Positions 8,616 to 17,755 of a stretch of DNA of 30,318 bases are shown piece by piece. The DNA comes from a virus (taxonomy: Duplodnaviria; Caudoviricetes). The position numbers and the translations under genes are program-made. The notes beneath the pieces were generated by a model. The model was not told where the DNA came from. It did not search any database and worked only from the letters and a program-made list of their open reading frames with translations. The DNA lies in IMG/VR virus record IMGVR_UViG_3300038477_000009, positions 1 to 30,318 of that record. The stretch is one strand, 5' to 3'. Position 1 is the first letter of the stretch, and each line of letters begins with the position of its first letter.

Positions 8616-11600
8616 TCCACCACCCCAAAACTCGCTTCCACCCGCGCCGGCACTGGCCAGTCCAACAGCACCAGATGATCCACCGCCCACACATTCACCG
8701 TCGAAACTCCCGCTTCGATCGCCGCCAGGTATTCCGCCGGCCACGGGCACCCGCCGTTGAAAATCGGCACCAGGTAAGCCACCGCCGCCGCCGGCCAGGT
8801 GCACGGCGCCCCGGTCGGGAACCCGATCGCCGTCCGCGCGTTGGTCAGGTTGCGATACCTCGATCCCCAGCTCAGGCCTTCCATCTTCAGCCGGTTCAAT
8901 CCGCTCCCGCTCTGCGCTCTGTAAGCCACCGGGAAGTTCACCGCCGCATTCAGCCGGCCGCCTTGCGGATATGGCAGATCGTCCGTGTAGTAGCACGCGG
9001 CCGCGTTCACGTCCTGCGGATAGAGCAACTCGAATTGCGCCCCGCTCTGCGCTGCCAATACCGCCGACGTGATGGTCGCGATATGCGTCGCGATTGCCCC
9101 CGCCAGCCACCACGCATCCGCGCCCCCGTTCACCGTCGGATCGTCGTCCTGAGTCCAAAAGCTCGCCAATGCCCGGCCCAATCCCGTCAGCGCCGAGGCC
9201 TGCGCCCACGCGTCGTAGTACGCCATCCCGCCGCCGCTCGCCGTCCCCGTCCCCGCCTCGTACGTCCCGTTCCCGCTCGATCCCGTCAGAGTGTAATGCG
9301 TCGTGTCCGTCACCACGATGGGCCACGTCCCATTCGCCGCCGTGTTCCCTTTGATGCCGGCCTGGATCGCCGTCTGGCCCGTCGCGAATCCGTGCGGCGC
9401 CACAGTCCCGATTGAAATCGGCGATGTGAAACTCGCGTATCCCACCGCCTGGCTCATCCGCTCCGAATAGAACCACCAGCCGACCTCGCCGAATTGCAGC
9501 CAGGGAACGAGGCCCGCCGCCGCCAGGATGTTCGCCGCCTGCACATAGCACTTCGCCAGGTACGCCGTCACCGTCCCCGGATTGAAGGTGCACTGGCTCG
9601 TCTGCAGGTCGATCAGCACCCCATCGCCGGCCGCCGGCAGATACCCGCCCGAATTCGCGATCTCGCTCCCCAGCGTGTAGTGGTTCGCGTCCGTCACCGC
9701 CACCGCCCATTCGCCGCTCGCCGTCGCACTGGCGAAATGCGCCGTGTTCCCCGTGATGTACCCGTGCCCGGTCTGCTGATAGACGCCCGCCGCGACCGCT
9801 TCCACCACTCCCGCGCCCCAGCTTCCGAAGCCCGTGTCCGTCAGCACCGTCGTCCCATCCGCGAAGCGCTGCGCCCAGCCGCCCCCCGCCGTGTTCGCAT
9901 CCGGAGGCGCCAGCAGCTCCTGCGAGAAGGCCACCGTCATCGTCTGCCCGGCCGCCTTCACCAGCCCCGCGAAGTCCGCCAGGTAATCCCGAAATGCCCG
10001 ATTCAATGGCGAGGCCTGCGACGCGTCCACCGCCCACGTCCCCTCATTGCCGATCCCCACGTCGCCCGTCATCGCAATCGTTCCGGTCGATCCCACCGCG
10101 GCCGTTACCGTCATCGCGAAGCCGTTGATCGGGGTCAGCGAAGTCACGGTGAATTGCCCCGCCGTCGAGCCGCTCGCCGCGCACACGCCCACGAATGTTG
10201 CGTTGATCGCATCCACCAACCGTTGCGCCAGCGTCGCCAGTGTGTCCGCCGGATAGGCCGCCGCCCCCAGGTTCGTCGCCCCAATCGTGAAGAAGTACGC
10301 GTCCCCGTCGCCCTTGCCGGTCCCCGTCCCGATTGGCCCCGCGATCGTTACCGTCGCCCGGTGAAAATCGCCGCCATTTCTTACCCGCTTCAAACCGAAG
10401 AAAACGCCGGAGTAGAAATCGATGTCTCCCTGGAACCCAAGCTGTCCGAGTATCCAGAGCAGCCGCGCCGGCGGGATTTTATAGGATTGATCCGTGTCGT
10501 AATCGCACGCACCGTTTAAATGCGGATGCGTCGCACCGGGCGCCACCGGATCGCTCGGTACCGCCGCTTGCAGATAGTCGAATAGGCACGTTCCGCTGAC
10601 CACTGTCAGCGTCACCACATGCACCCCGGCTGGTACATTGGTGGCAATAGACCTGCGCCCGGCGAACGCAGCCACCTCCAGCGCATAGGTGTTCACTGTG
10701 GCCGCCGCGGCGCCGTCCACCGAGACGCTGAACTCGCCGCCCGCCCTCCCCAGCGCCGTCCCCAGGTATACGTGGTGCGTCGACTGGCAGGAGTATGCCA
10801 CCGTGACCACGTCGCCCGCATTGCTCGATTGCCGCGCGAAGCCCTGGAAGTAGAACCCGGCCGCCTCCGTCCAGCCCGCCCCCACGTAGCTTGCCCAGGC
10901 GTCCCGGCTCCCGATCGTCACACTTCCCGGCCCGGCGATCTTCAGCTGCGTCACTCCCGCCGTATCCGCCACCGTCCAGTTCGAGAACACCGCCGAAAAC
11001 TCCGTCGGCGCGAATGCGACCAGCGAAGGGGTCGCCGCGCCCGAGTCGTAAGTCAGCCACGGCGCCAATGTCAGCCATATCTGCCGGCAACTCGCCAGGC
11101 CCAGCCCCGAGAAGTCCAGGTGGTAATGCAGCGAGGTCGGATCCGCCCCGCCCGTCAGCTTCGCCGTTTGTCCGCTCGCCGTCGACCCGCTCCCCGTCGG
11201 ATAGAGTTGCGCCCCCGCGCTCGCTCCGCTCGGCCAGTTGTATAGCGCCAGCAGTTCAATCCCGTTTCCATCGCGCCCCGGCGCCGTCGAAACCGCGAAC
11301 GTACTCCCGCTCTGCACCGCCGAAAGCAAACCGCTGGCATTGATCTGCGTAACCAACTGGCCCGCCACCGCCCCTCGCGACCCGCTCTCAAGCAGTACGC
11401 CGCCTTGCGCCGGCCCATCCGAGGCCACTACCGCCTCCGAGTACACCGTCAACAGTTTCGGCGTGAGCACCAAGCCGCTTCCACCCGAGGTCGCCGCCGT
11501 CGCATTCGGGTCCGATGCATTGATCGACGCCGCCAGGGCCGTGGTGATTGCCAGGTTGTTGTCGCCTGCCCTTTGCAGGTACGTGTAGACCGCCGCGCCT

Positions 11601-13009
11601 ATCTCCACGTAGTGCGTGTTCCCGGCTCCCAGTGCGATCGAAAACGCCAAAGTGCAGGTCTCTTGCGTAATCGATACCACGCCCGGCCCGTTGCCGTCCG
11701 AAGCCGTGCAGTCCGCGCCAACCAATCCCGGTTGCGCCGATAGCGTCACCACGTTGCCGGCCGCCGCGGCCACCACGTAGGGGTTCCCGCTGCCCGCGTT
11801 TACCAGCGCCGCTAACGCCGTCGCGATGTCTCCCGAGCCGTCCGTCGCGAGCTGGTAATGCACGTAGTTGTAAGCGCCGGCCACATTGATGAAGTGCGCG
11901 TATCCGCCCAGCGCGACTCCGCTCGCGTTCCCGTCCGAGGCGCCGCATGTCGTCCCCGTCCCCACGATCGCCGTCAGCGTCACGTTGTTCGCGCTCGCCG
12001 AAGCTACTGCGTTCGGGTCCCCGCTCGCCGCGTTAATCAGCGCCGCCAGCGCCGTCGCGATGTCTCCCGAGCCGTCCGTTGCGAGCTGCACATGGGTGTA
12101 AGTGTTCGTGCCGATCGTGATGTAGTGGCTGTACCCGGTCCCATAGGAGTTGAAGAAGCCGAACGTCACCGCCGGCACCACGCCATACGAGTTATAGAAA
12201 TCGAAGCTCGCCGTCCCGACGCTGCTGTTCCCTACTGTCCCAGTCTGCGCTCCCGGTTCCGTCGTCGTGCATGGTGCGTCGTCGCCGCCCGTGCCCTTCG
12301 ATGTCAGGATCACAACCCCCGCCCCGCCGCTCGAAGCCACCGCGTACGGGTCCGCTCCCGTATTGACGGCCGCTATCATCCCGGCCGCCACTTCGGCGAA
12401 TGTGTCCCCCACCAGTTGCGTGTAGTTGTAAGTGTGCTGGCCTCCCACCGGTCCGATGGTCAAGCTGTGCGTCGACTCCTGAATATCGTTGAAGTAGAAA
12501 TCGAGCGTCGCGGCCCCGGTCCCCGACGGGTTGTAGATGTAATCGAAGATCGTGTTACCGAGGTAGACCAGTTGCACCCGGTCGTACGTCGCCGGCGTGC
12601 CGGCCACCGTGAAGCTCGCCGTCGCCGCCGCCCCGCCCGTCGTCGACGTCGGCGCCGGCAGCGCCACCGTCCCGAACGTCTCCCCGCTCGTGATGTAACT
12701 CAGCGCGCCCCATGCCACGCTCTGGTATTTCGAGCTGGCCGGATTCATCACTCCGCTAATCGCCAGGTCGAAGTCGAGAGTCACATAGGCCAGTGAGAAG
12801 TCCGGCAGGTAGCGGCTCGTGAACAGGTGCCCATACAGGTCGTCCGCGTTCCACAGATACAGCACCGCGAAGTCCGCCTGGTCGCTCCAGCAGCCCGATA
12901 CCGTGAATCCCGTCGCCGTCGCATGGTTGATCGAAGCCGCCGCCCCGCGCCGGTCGAATCCATTCAGGCTGATGGCATACCGCGGATCGAGCTTCGCAAT
13001 TGCCGTCAT
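8612..13009 (-). CDS. 1465-aa mosaic tail/receptor-binding protein: NCTSP-like N-terminus, sheath-like repeats, CBM-like jelly roll, TIM-barrel-like C-terminus with beta-barrel inserts
   Basis: Long ORF coupled at both ends (ATGA). N-terminal DPRY...DFAVLYLWNADDLYGH...DF and C-terminal LQFGEVGWW...YYDA resemble 'non-contractile tail sheath' N-terminal and TIM-barrel families (recalled). Repeated IATALAALIN motifs. Confidence 0.75.
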   Translation of the reverse strand: MTAIAKLDPRYAISLNGFDRRGAAASINHATATGFTVSGCWSDQADFAVLYLWNADDLYGHLFTSRYLPDFSLAYVTLDFDLAISGVMNPASSKYQSVAWGALSYITSGETFGTVALPAPTSTTGGAAATASFTVAGTPATYDRVQLVYLGNTIFDYIYNPSGTGAATLDFYFNDIQESTHSLTIGPVGGQHTYNYTQLVGDTFAEVAAGMIAAVNTGADPYAVASSGGAGVVILTSKGTGGDDAPCTTTEPGAQTGTVGNSSVGTASFDFYNSYGVVPAVTFGFFNSYGTGYSHYITIGTNTYTHVQLATDGSGDIATALAALINAASGDPNAVASASANNVTLTAIVGTGTTCGASDGNASGVALGGYAHFINVAGAYNYVHYQLATDGSGDIATALAALVNAGSGNPYVVAAAAGNVVTLSAQPGLVGADCTASDGNGPGVVSITQETCTLAFSIALGAGNTHYVEIGAAVYTYLQRAGDNNLAITTALAASINASDPNATAATSGGSGLVLTPKLLTVYSEAVVASDGPAQGGVLLESGSRGAVAGQLVTQINASGLLSAVQSGSTFAVSTAPGRDGNGIELLALYNWPSGASAGAQLYPTGSGSTASGQTAKLTGGADPTSLHYHLDFSGLGLASCRQIWLTLAPWLTYDSGAATPSLVAFAPTEFSAVFSNWTVADTAGVTQLKIAGPGSVTIGSRDAWASYVGAGWTEAAGFYFQGFARQSSNAGDVVTVAYSCQSTHHVYLGTALGRAGGEFSVSVDGAAAATVNTYALEVAAFAGRRSIATNVPAGVHVVTLTVVSGTCLFDYLQAAVPSDPVAPGATHPHLNGACDYDTDQSYKIPPARLLWILGQLGFQGDIDFYSGVFFGLKRVRNGGDFHRATVTIAGPIGTGTGKGDGDAYFFTIGATNLGAAAYPADTLATLAQRLVDAINATFVGVCAASGSTAGQFTVTSLTPINGFAMTVTAAVGSTGTIAMTGDVGIGNEGTWAVDASQASPLNRAFRDYLADFAGLVKAAGQTMTVAFSQELLAPPDANTAGGGWAQRFADGTTVLTDTGFGSWGAGVVEAVAAGVYQQTGHGYITGNTAHFASATASGEWAVAVTDANHYTLGSEIANSGGYLPAAGDGVLIDLQTSQCTFNPGTVTAYLAKCYVQAANILAAAGLVPWLQFGEVGWWFYSERMSQAVGYASFTSPISIGTVAPHGFATGQTAIQAGIKGNTAANGTWPIVVTDTTHYTLTGSSGNGTYEAGTGTASGGGMAYYDAWAQASALTGLGRALASFWTQDDDPTVNGGADAWWLAGAIATHIATITSAVLAAQSGAQFELLYPQDVNAAACYYTDDLPYPQGGRLNAAVNFPVAYRAQSGSGLNRLKMEGLSWGSRYRNLTNARTAIGFPTGAPCTWPAAAVAYLVPIFNGGCPWPAEYLAAIEAGVSTVNVWAVDHLVLLDWPVPARVEASFGVVE
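11816..12088. repeat. Near-identical 39-bp direct repeat (11816-11854 and 12050-12088) encoding QLATDGSGDIATA
   Basis: cgccgtcgcgatgtctcccgagccgtccgt(c/t)gcgagctg occurs twice, 234 nt apart. Confidence 0.85.
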
Positions 13010-13479
13010 TGCACCGTCACCGTCAGCCCCGATCCCGGAAACGTCGTCCCCACGCTCGTGATGTCCACTTCCCAGAACGCGCCCAAGGGCACCGCCACCG
13101 CGCTCGTCGCTGTGGCGAACAGCAGTCCCGCTCCCACCGTGAATGTCGCCACCAGCGTGGCCGCGCCAGGTGTCGTGTAGTAACTCAGCACCGCCACCAG
13201 GTTCGCCCCCACTGGCGCTTGTTTCAGGTCCACTCGCAATATCGATGGCGTGAAATCCGCCAGTACGTACGTCTTCGGCGCCTGGTCGCTCGCGATCGCT
13301 AGCGTTCCCACCACCTCGAGCGAGTAAGTCGCCGCGCCGGCCGCCGCCGTCGCGCTGGCCCCCGCCGCGGCGCTCCCGCTTGCCAGTGAGTTGAAAAACC
13401 CGATCACGGGTGCACTCAGCGCGTGAAACGGCTGATCGGCGAAGAAGGGCGCCAGCGTCGGAAACGTCGGATTTGCCAA
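13006..13479 (-). CDS. Tail needle-position (gp26-like) protein with C-terminal beta knob (157 aa)
   Basis: Likely TTG start at 13479, just after the hub stop. Begins MANPTFPTLAPFFADQPFHALSAPVIGFFNSL and ends with the knob-like VDITSVGTTFPGSGLTVTVQ; follows the gp10-like gene. Confidence 0.65.
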   Translation of the reverse strand: MANPTFPTLAPFFADQPFHALSAPVIGFFNSLASGSAAAGASATAAAGAATYSLEVVGTLAIASDQAPKTYVLADFTPSILRVDLKQAPVGANLVAVLSYYTTPGAATLVATFTVGAGLLFATATSAVAVPLGAFWEVDITSVGTTFPGSGLTVTVQ

Positions 13480-13481
13480 AC

Positions 13482-15299
13482 CTACCCCGTCCCTTCCGTG
13501 TATTGCAGATACGCCGCCGTGATACTCAGGTTCGCCGGGCCCGTCCACAAAGCAATCGCGCTGCGCGTCGTCCACGTCACGCAGTTGTCGTCCGAATAAC
13601 TCAGTGTCAGATGCCCGTTACCGTCGTCGTCCACTTGGAAAATCCGGTCCCGGCTCGCTCCCAGCCGCAACCATCGCAACCGCGGCGATTCCTGGTCCAC
13701 GTCCGGCATCGCGTCGCTATTGTTGTCCGCATCCAGTTCGAACAGGGAATAGAAACGCCGCTTCTTTTCGTTCGAGAGATGCGGCGCCCGCCGGCGCCGG
13801 TGGATGTTCGCTCCGGAGTCCTGGTAATAGTTCGCCGCCATCTTGTAGATGTTGCCGAGCTGCCAGTCCCCCACGTAATGCGATTCCGCGCTCGTGCCGA
13901 TCCCGATGCAGGCGTGATACGCTGCGGCGTGCCGGTGCCAGCCCGAAACCCCGTTCCAGGCCCCGCGCTGATGCCATTGCGCCAGCGTCGCGTCGTAGAC
14001 CCAGGTCGCATCCGCTGTCGGAAAGCTGATCACCCAGAATTCGTGACCGTCCTGGATGATCGTATACGCCACCGCGTCCGCTACCGTCGTGTACGCGTTC
14101 CACGCCTTCTCGATCGCGGCCGTCGAGATCCGCTGCGGCACGTACCCCGTCGCCAGAAACGCCATCCGCATTCCGCGCGCCGCGTCGCCGCCGATCCACG
14201 CCACGCCGGCCGCCAGCCGGCACACGCTGAATGCCGCCTGGCACCCGTAGTGAATCATGTAACTCGCGTTGCGCTGGTACGGGTTCGTCCCGCTTCCCGT
14301 GTCGTTCCAGACCTCGGTCGATTGCTCGGCGCCGAACAGGTAGAGCTGCTCGTGGTCGGCAATCATTCCGAGCACCGCGTCCGGGTACGCCTCCTTCGTG
14401 AAGAAATTCAGCGGATCCCAGCTCACGCCCGGTTGATTGCTCTCCGCCTCGTTGGCGGAATAGTAGACGATGTTGCTGGCGTACGCGCTCGCGAAGTACG
14501 TCCCATCCAGGTAGGCGATGTGCGCGGCCCGCACATAGTCGGGCGGCCCCACCGTCGCGTGGGCCAGCAGGTAAGGACCAGGCGCGGGCGCGGTGTTGGT
14601 GGTCCCGCTGCGAAGCCATTCGTACCCCTGCCCCTGCATTGCGCCCATGGTTGCGCAGAGCACCTCGCCGGGCCCCAGAAACGCGCTCCCGTCCGTGTTC
14701 ACCGTGTAAATCTCGTACGTGCCCGGATACCACGTCCCCACGGTGCCGCCCGTGATAACCACCGTGCTGCCCACGTCCGAGTCGTAGAATATCCCGCCCG
14801 TGTCCCCCGTCAGCGCCCCAGGAAATAGTCCCGTCTCCGGTTCCACCACCAGGTCGTTGAGTTGCGCCGAGAACTGGAATTGCGTGACCACCCCAGCCGT
14901 CGGAAACCCGTCGCAGAACAGGTACCCCGCCGACATGATCACCGCTTCGCCCTCGTTCAGGATGATCTGCACCGGCAATCCGTCGTTGCCCAAGCTAATG
15001 CCCGTATGCGCCGTTGCCGACCCGTCGGAATTCACTTCATAGAACGTGTCGCCGCCCACCGCGCAGAGCCCGTCCCCGCCCGCCGCCATCCCGCGCACTG
15101 GTGCCTTTGGCAGCACACAGAACGTGTTGATCCCCGGAGTCGGCGTCAGCACCATGCGTGCTTTCTCCGACCCCTGCGGCACGCCGCTCGTTGGCAGCGA
15201 TCCCTCCACCAGGTCCGGGTAATAGTTCATCGTCATTTGGCTCGCGGCGTCCAGCGAGGGGAACGAGTAAAACCCGGAAGTGAACGCGTCAAATTCCAT
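13482..15299 (-). CDS. Tail hub / packaged-DNA stabilisation protein (P22 gp10-like)
   Basis: 605 aa with motifs MNYYP, LTPTPG, YLDGTYF, WDPLNF...E..PD, STEVW, RISTAAIE, GHEFWVISFP, TWVYD...QWH. Confidence 0.88.
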   Translation of the reverse strand: MEFDAFTSGFYSFPSLDAASQMTMNYYPDLVEGSLPTSGVPQGSEKARMVLTPTPGINTFCVLPKAPVRGMAAGGDGLCAVGGDTFYEVNSDGSATAHTGISLGNDGLPVQIILNEGEAVIMSAGYLFCDGFPTAGVVTQFQFSAQLNDLVVEPETGLFPGALTGDTGGIFYDSDVGSTVVITGGTVGTWYPGTYEIYTVNTDGSAFLGPGEVLCATMGAMQGQGYEWLRSGTTNTAPAPGPYLLAHATVGPPDYVRAAHIAYLDGTYFASAYASNIVYYSANEAESNQPGVSWDPLNFFTKEAYPDAVLGMIADHEQLYLFGAEQSTEVWNDTGSGTNPYQRNASYMIHYGCQAAFSVCRLAAGVAWIGGDAARGMRMAFLATGYVPQRISTAAIEKAWNAYTTVADAVAYTIIQDGHEFWVISFPTADATWVYDATLAQWHQRGAWNGVSGWHRHAAAYHACIGIGTSAESHYVGDWQLGNIYKMAANYYQDSGANIHRRRRAPHLSNEKKRRFYSLFELDADNNSDAMPDVDQESPRLRWLRLGASRDRIFQVDDDGNGHLTLSYSDDNCVTWTTRSAIALWTGPANLSITAAYLQYTEGTG

Positions 15300-15317
15300 A
15301 CAATCGGACCATGCAGA

Positions 15318-16067
15318 CTAAAATTCTCTCGTCCGGTAATTGAAGGTCGGTCTTGCCGACCCATTTGTCGGCATCCCTGAATCGACCGTCCGCAGATGCG
15401 GCGCCGTCGAGTTCAGGCCTTGCACGCCCGCGCGTGCCTTCCGCGCCATCTCGACCACCGCTGCCGGTACCGCTGCGTTCCACTGCGGCCCCACCAGCTC
15501 CGCGAACGTGTAGAGGAAGGCCGCATAGTAGCCCGGTGGCAGCGCAATCGCTTCCCCCAGCCCCGTAAATTGCGCCACCTGCAGCCAGGTGAAGAGCTGT
15601 AGCAGGTAGCCTATGGTCGGATAACCCCAGAAGTACAGATTCGCGTTTGGAAACGCATAATCGCAGTACATCTTGGTTGGGATCGTCACTGGCATCTGTT
15701 CCAGGCCGAGCGCCGCCCATCCCTGCGCATCCAGAATCTCCACCGGAGTGAACACTCCCGGCGTCTGATCGGTCAGGCAGATGTTCGCGTTCTCGATCCG
15801 CGTCGGCCGCACACTCCCCGGCCAGTCCGTCGAACCCGGCCCAAGCTGATAAATCGGCGGCTGGTTGGCGTCCGCCGGCGCTTTCCCGCTGAAGACATAG
15901 AAGTCGATCTTCGTCGAGTAGACGAACAATCGCCGCGTTTTCCAGTAATCCACCAGCGCGTTCAGCACCCCCAGACCGTCGGTCAGCTCGGAAGGGCACA
16001 GTCCGCCGCCGGCGCGCAACTTCCCCAGCGCTTTCGCCGCCGAGTTGATCAGGTCCGCTACCGTCAC
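15318..16067 (-). CDS. Head-tail adaptor (P22 gp4-like), paralog 3 (249 aa)
   Basis: GTG 16067 overlaps the upstream TGA. Sequence MTVADLINSAAKALG...DGLGVLNALVDYW...RPTRI...LPPGY. Confidence 0.82.
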   Translation of the reverse strand: MTVADLINSAAKALGKLRAGGGLCPSELTDGLGVLNALVDYWKTRRLFVYSTKIDFYVFSGKAPADANQPPIYQLGPGSTDWPGSVRPTRIENANICLTDQTPGVFTPVEILDAQGWAALGLEQMPVTIPTKMYCDYAFPNANLYFWGYPTIGYLLQLFTWLQVAQFTGLGEAIALPPGYYAAFLYTFAELVGPQWNAAVPAAVVEMARKARAGVQGLNSTAPHLRTVDSGMPTNGSARPTFNYRTREF

Positions 16068-16756
16068 TGTCTCCCTCCTCCCGGTTCCGGCGGTTGCGCC
16101 GGCGCGCCCGGCATCGGTATGCCCAATACTTCGGAGTTCAAGGTTTGAATCGTCAGCATCGCCGCTTGCGCCATCTGCGGCAGCCCCTCCGGAATCGGCC
16201 GGCCGAAGGGAATGCACAGCTCCATCGCGAACGCCTTCACCAGGGCCGTCTCATAGCCCGGCGGCAAAACCACCGGATCCGTCAGATTCACGAAGTCGGT
16301 GATCGCTTCATAGGTCCACAGGGCGCATGTCCCGCTGGCCGGCATCGGAGTCACGTATACGTTCCCGCTCGGATAGCCGCCGTCGTACAGTAGGTCGCGG
16401 ATGAACAACCCCGTGCGCGACTTGTCCCGAATTGATACCCACTCCTCCGCCGTCACGACGTGCACCGCGCTCTCAATGTTGTTCGCCGTGATCGAGGAGG
16501 CCGCCTTGATCTTGATCGGCCGCGTCACCGCGCTCCATGTCTTGCCTACTCCGTAGGTGTACGAGGCCGCCCCCGTCAATAAATACTGCTGATACTTGAC
16601 CCCGATCGGAGAGAGCTTCTGCGCGCTCCAACTATCCAGCAGCCGGTTCACCGAGCGCAGCGCGAACGTCTGGTCGTCGGTCGAAACCGTTTGACCAGGC
16701 CCGTACGCGTTGATGTAAAACAGCGAGTCGTTGATGATGTCGGAAACCAGGCTCAT
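16064..16756 (-). CDS. Head-tail adaptor (P22 gp4-like), paralog 2
   Basis: MSLVSDIINDSL...ALRSVNRLLDSW...RPIKI...LPPGYETALVKAFAMEL. Confidence 0.82.
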   Translation of the reverse strand: MSLVSDIINDSLFYINAYGPGQTVSTDDQTFALRSVNRLLDSWSAQKLSPIGVKYQQYLLTGAASYTYGVGKTWSAVTRPIKIKAASSITANNIESAVHVVTAEEWVSIRDKSRTGLFIRDLLYDGGYPSGNVYVTPMPASGTCALWTYEAITDFVNLTDPVVLPPGYETALVKAFAMELCIPFGRPIPEGLPQMAQAAMLTIQTLNSEVLGIPMPGAPAQPPEPGGGRQ

Positions 16757-16759
16757 CGC

Positions 16760-17473
16760 TTATCTCCCTGCCTGCATCGGCATGTACTGCTGTGGCGTCG
16801 GCGGCACGTAAGGCGGTTCGAAGGGATCGCCCAACGTCTGCCGATAGAGCTTCGCCAGGCCTGCCCGCGTCGATTGCGCCAGCGCCGCCGTCTCTTGCGT
16901 CAGCTTCGCTCCCGCGAACGCCGGCGCCAGTCGCACCGCCAGGTTCGATTTTAAAAACTCGATGTACCCCACCGGCAGCGTCAAAACGTCGGTCATCGCC
17001 GCGAAGTTCGCCAGCGGCTTCACGCTCCACAGCTCGAGCTGGCCGGCGGTAGGAGCCGGATTTAGATAGAGATTGGCCAGCGGCGTCGCGTAATCGCACG
17101 CCATCACATCCGCGAATAGGCCGATCAGCGTTCGGTCCAGCACCGCCTGCGCGTATTTCTCCGCTGGAAGGATCGCTACCGCCTGGGAAGCGCTGTTCGC
17201 CGCTATCACCGCCGCCGCGCGAATCCGCACCGGCCGCACCGTCGCGAGCGTCCCCGCCGGGCCTAGGGTGTATGTCGCTGCCCCGGTCAGCGCAAGGTAC
17301 TCATGCGTCAACTGGTAGACCATGTCTTCTTCCGCGCTCGCCATATCGAGCAGCGCGTTGATCGCGTCCAGCGCGTCCGCATATTCGCCCGTCGCCATCG
17401 TGCGGCCGGTCGCGGTCAGCCCCAGCGATTTGAACGCCGGATCGACGATCCCTTGCTGTAGCGTCATCGACAT
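16760..17473 (-). CDS. Head-tail adaptor (P22 gp4-like), paralog 1
   Basis: ...AFKSLG...EYADALDAINALLD...YTLGP...RPVRI...LPVGYIEFLKSNLAVRLAP. Confidence 0.82.
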   Translation of the reverse strand: MSMTLQQGIVDPAFKSLGLTATGRTMATGEYADALDAINALLDMASAEEDMVYQLTHEYLALTGAATYTLGPAGTLATVRPVRIRAAAVIAANSASQAVAILPAEKYAQAVLDRTLIGLFADVMACDYATPLANLYLNPAPTAGQLELWSVKPLANFAAMTDVLTLPVGYIEFLKSNLAVRLAPAFAGAKLTQETAALAQSTRAGLAKLYRQTLGDPFEPPYVPPTPQQYMPMQAGR

Positions 17474-17476
17474 GAC

Positions 17477-17689
17477 CTACTTCTTCTTGCGCGTTTCGAG
17501 CGCTTCCACGCGCTCTTCCAGCGCCGTCAGCCGTTCCTCGGTCGTGGGCGATTCCGGCTCTGCCGGCGCCGGCGGAAACGGCTTCTCCTGCCATCCCTCG
17601 CCCAGCTCGGTCAATTCCTCTTCGTTCTGCACCACCCGGTAAACTCCATCGGCCCGGTACACCATGTGCGGATATACTTTTGCTCCCAT
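17477..17689 (-). CDS. Small conserved head-region protein (70 aa) with coiled-coil tail
   Basis: AAGGA RBS. The YPHMVY...VV.NEEE...GW..P pattern is recalled from small proteins downstream of P22-like coat genes. Confidence 0.78.
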   Translation of the reverse strand: MGAKVYPHMVYRADGVYRVVQNEEELTELGEGWQEKPFPPAPAEPESPTTEERLTALEERVEALETRKKK

Positions 17690-17708
17690 GACTTTCCTTT
17701 CCGTTGCG

Positions 17709-17736
17709 AAAATCGGGGCGCCGCGGGCGCGCCCCA
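17709..17736 (-). terminator. Probable intrinsic terminator/attenuator
   Basis: Minus strand GGGGCGC-gcccgcg-GCGCCCC followed by GATTTT. Confidence 0.5.
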
Positions 17737-17755
17737 GCTTTGGAGAATCGAACGC

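Noticed and set aside
2-13009. Diversity-generating retroelement or shufflon acting on tail genes
   Set aside because: No reverse transcriptase, no adenine-specific TR/VR pair and no inverted cassette series in the window; the 39-bp repeat is an ordinary coding duplication.
7352-14828. Long plus-strand ORFs (e.g. 7352..9415, 9494..10519, 13410..14828) and the 5' extension of 8145..10037
   Set aside because: Arg/Pro/Gly-rich antisense or off-frame products expected from high-GC codon bias; the coupled minus-strand genes explain the region.
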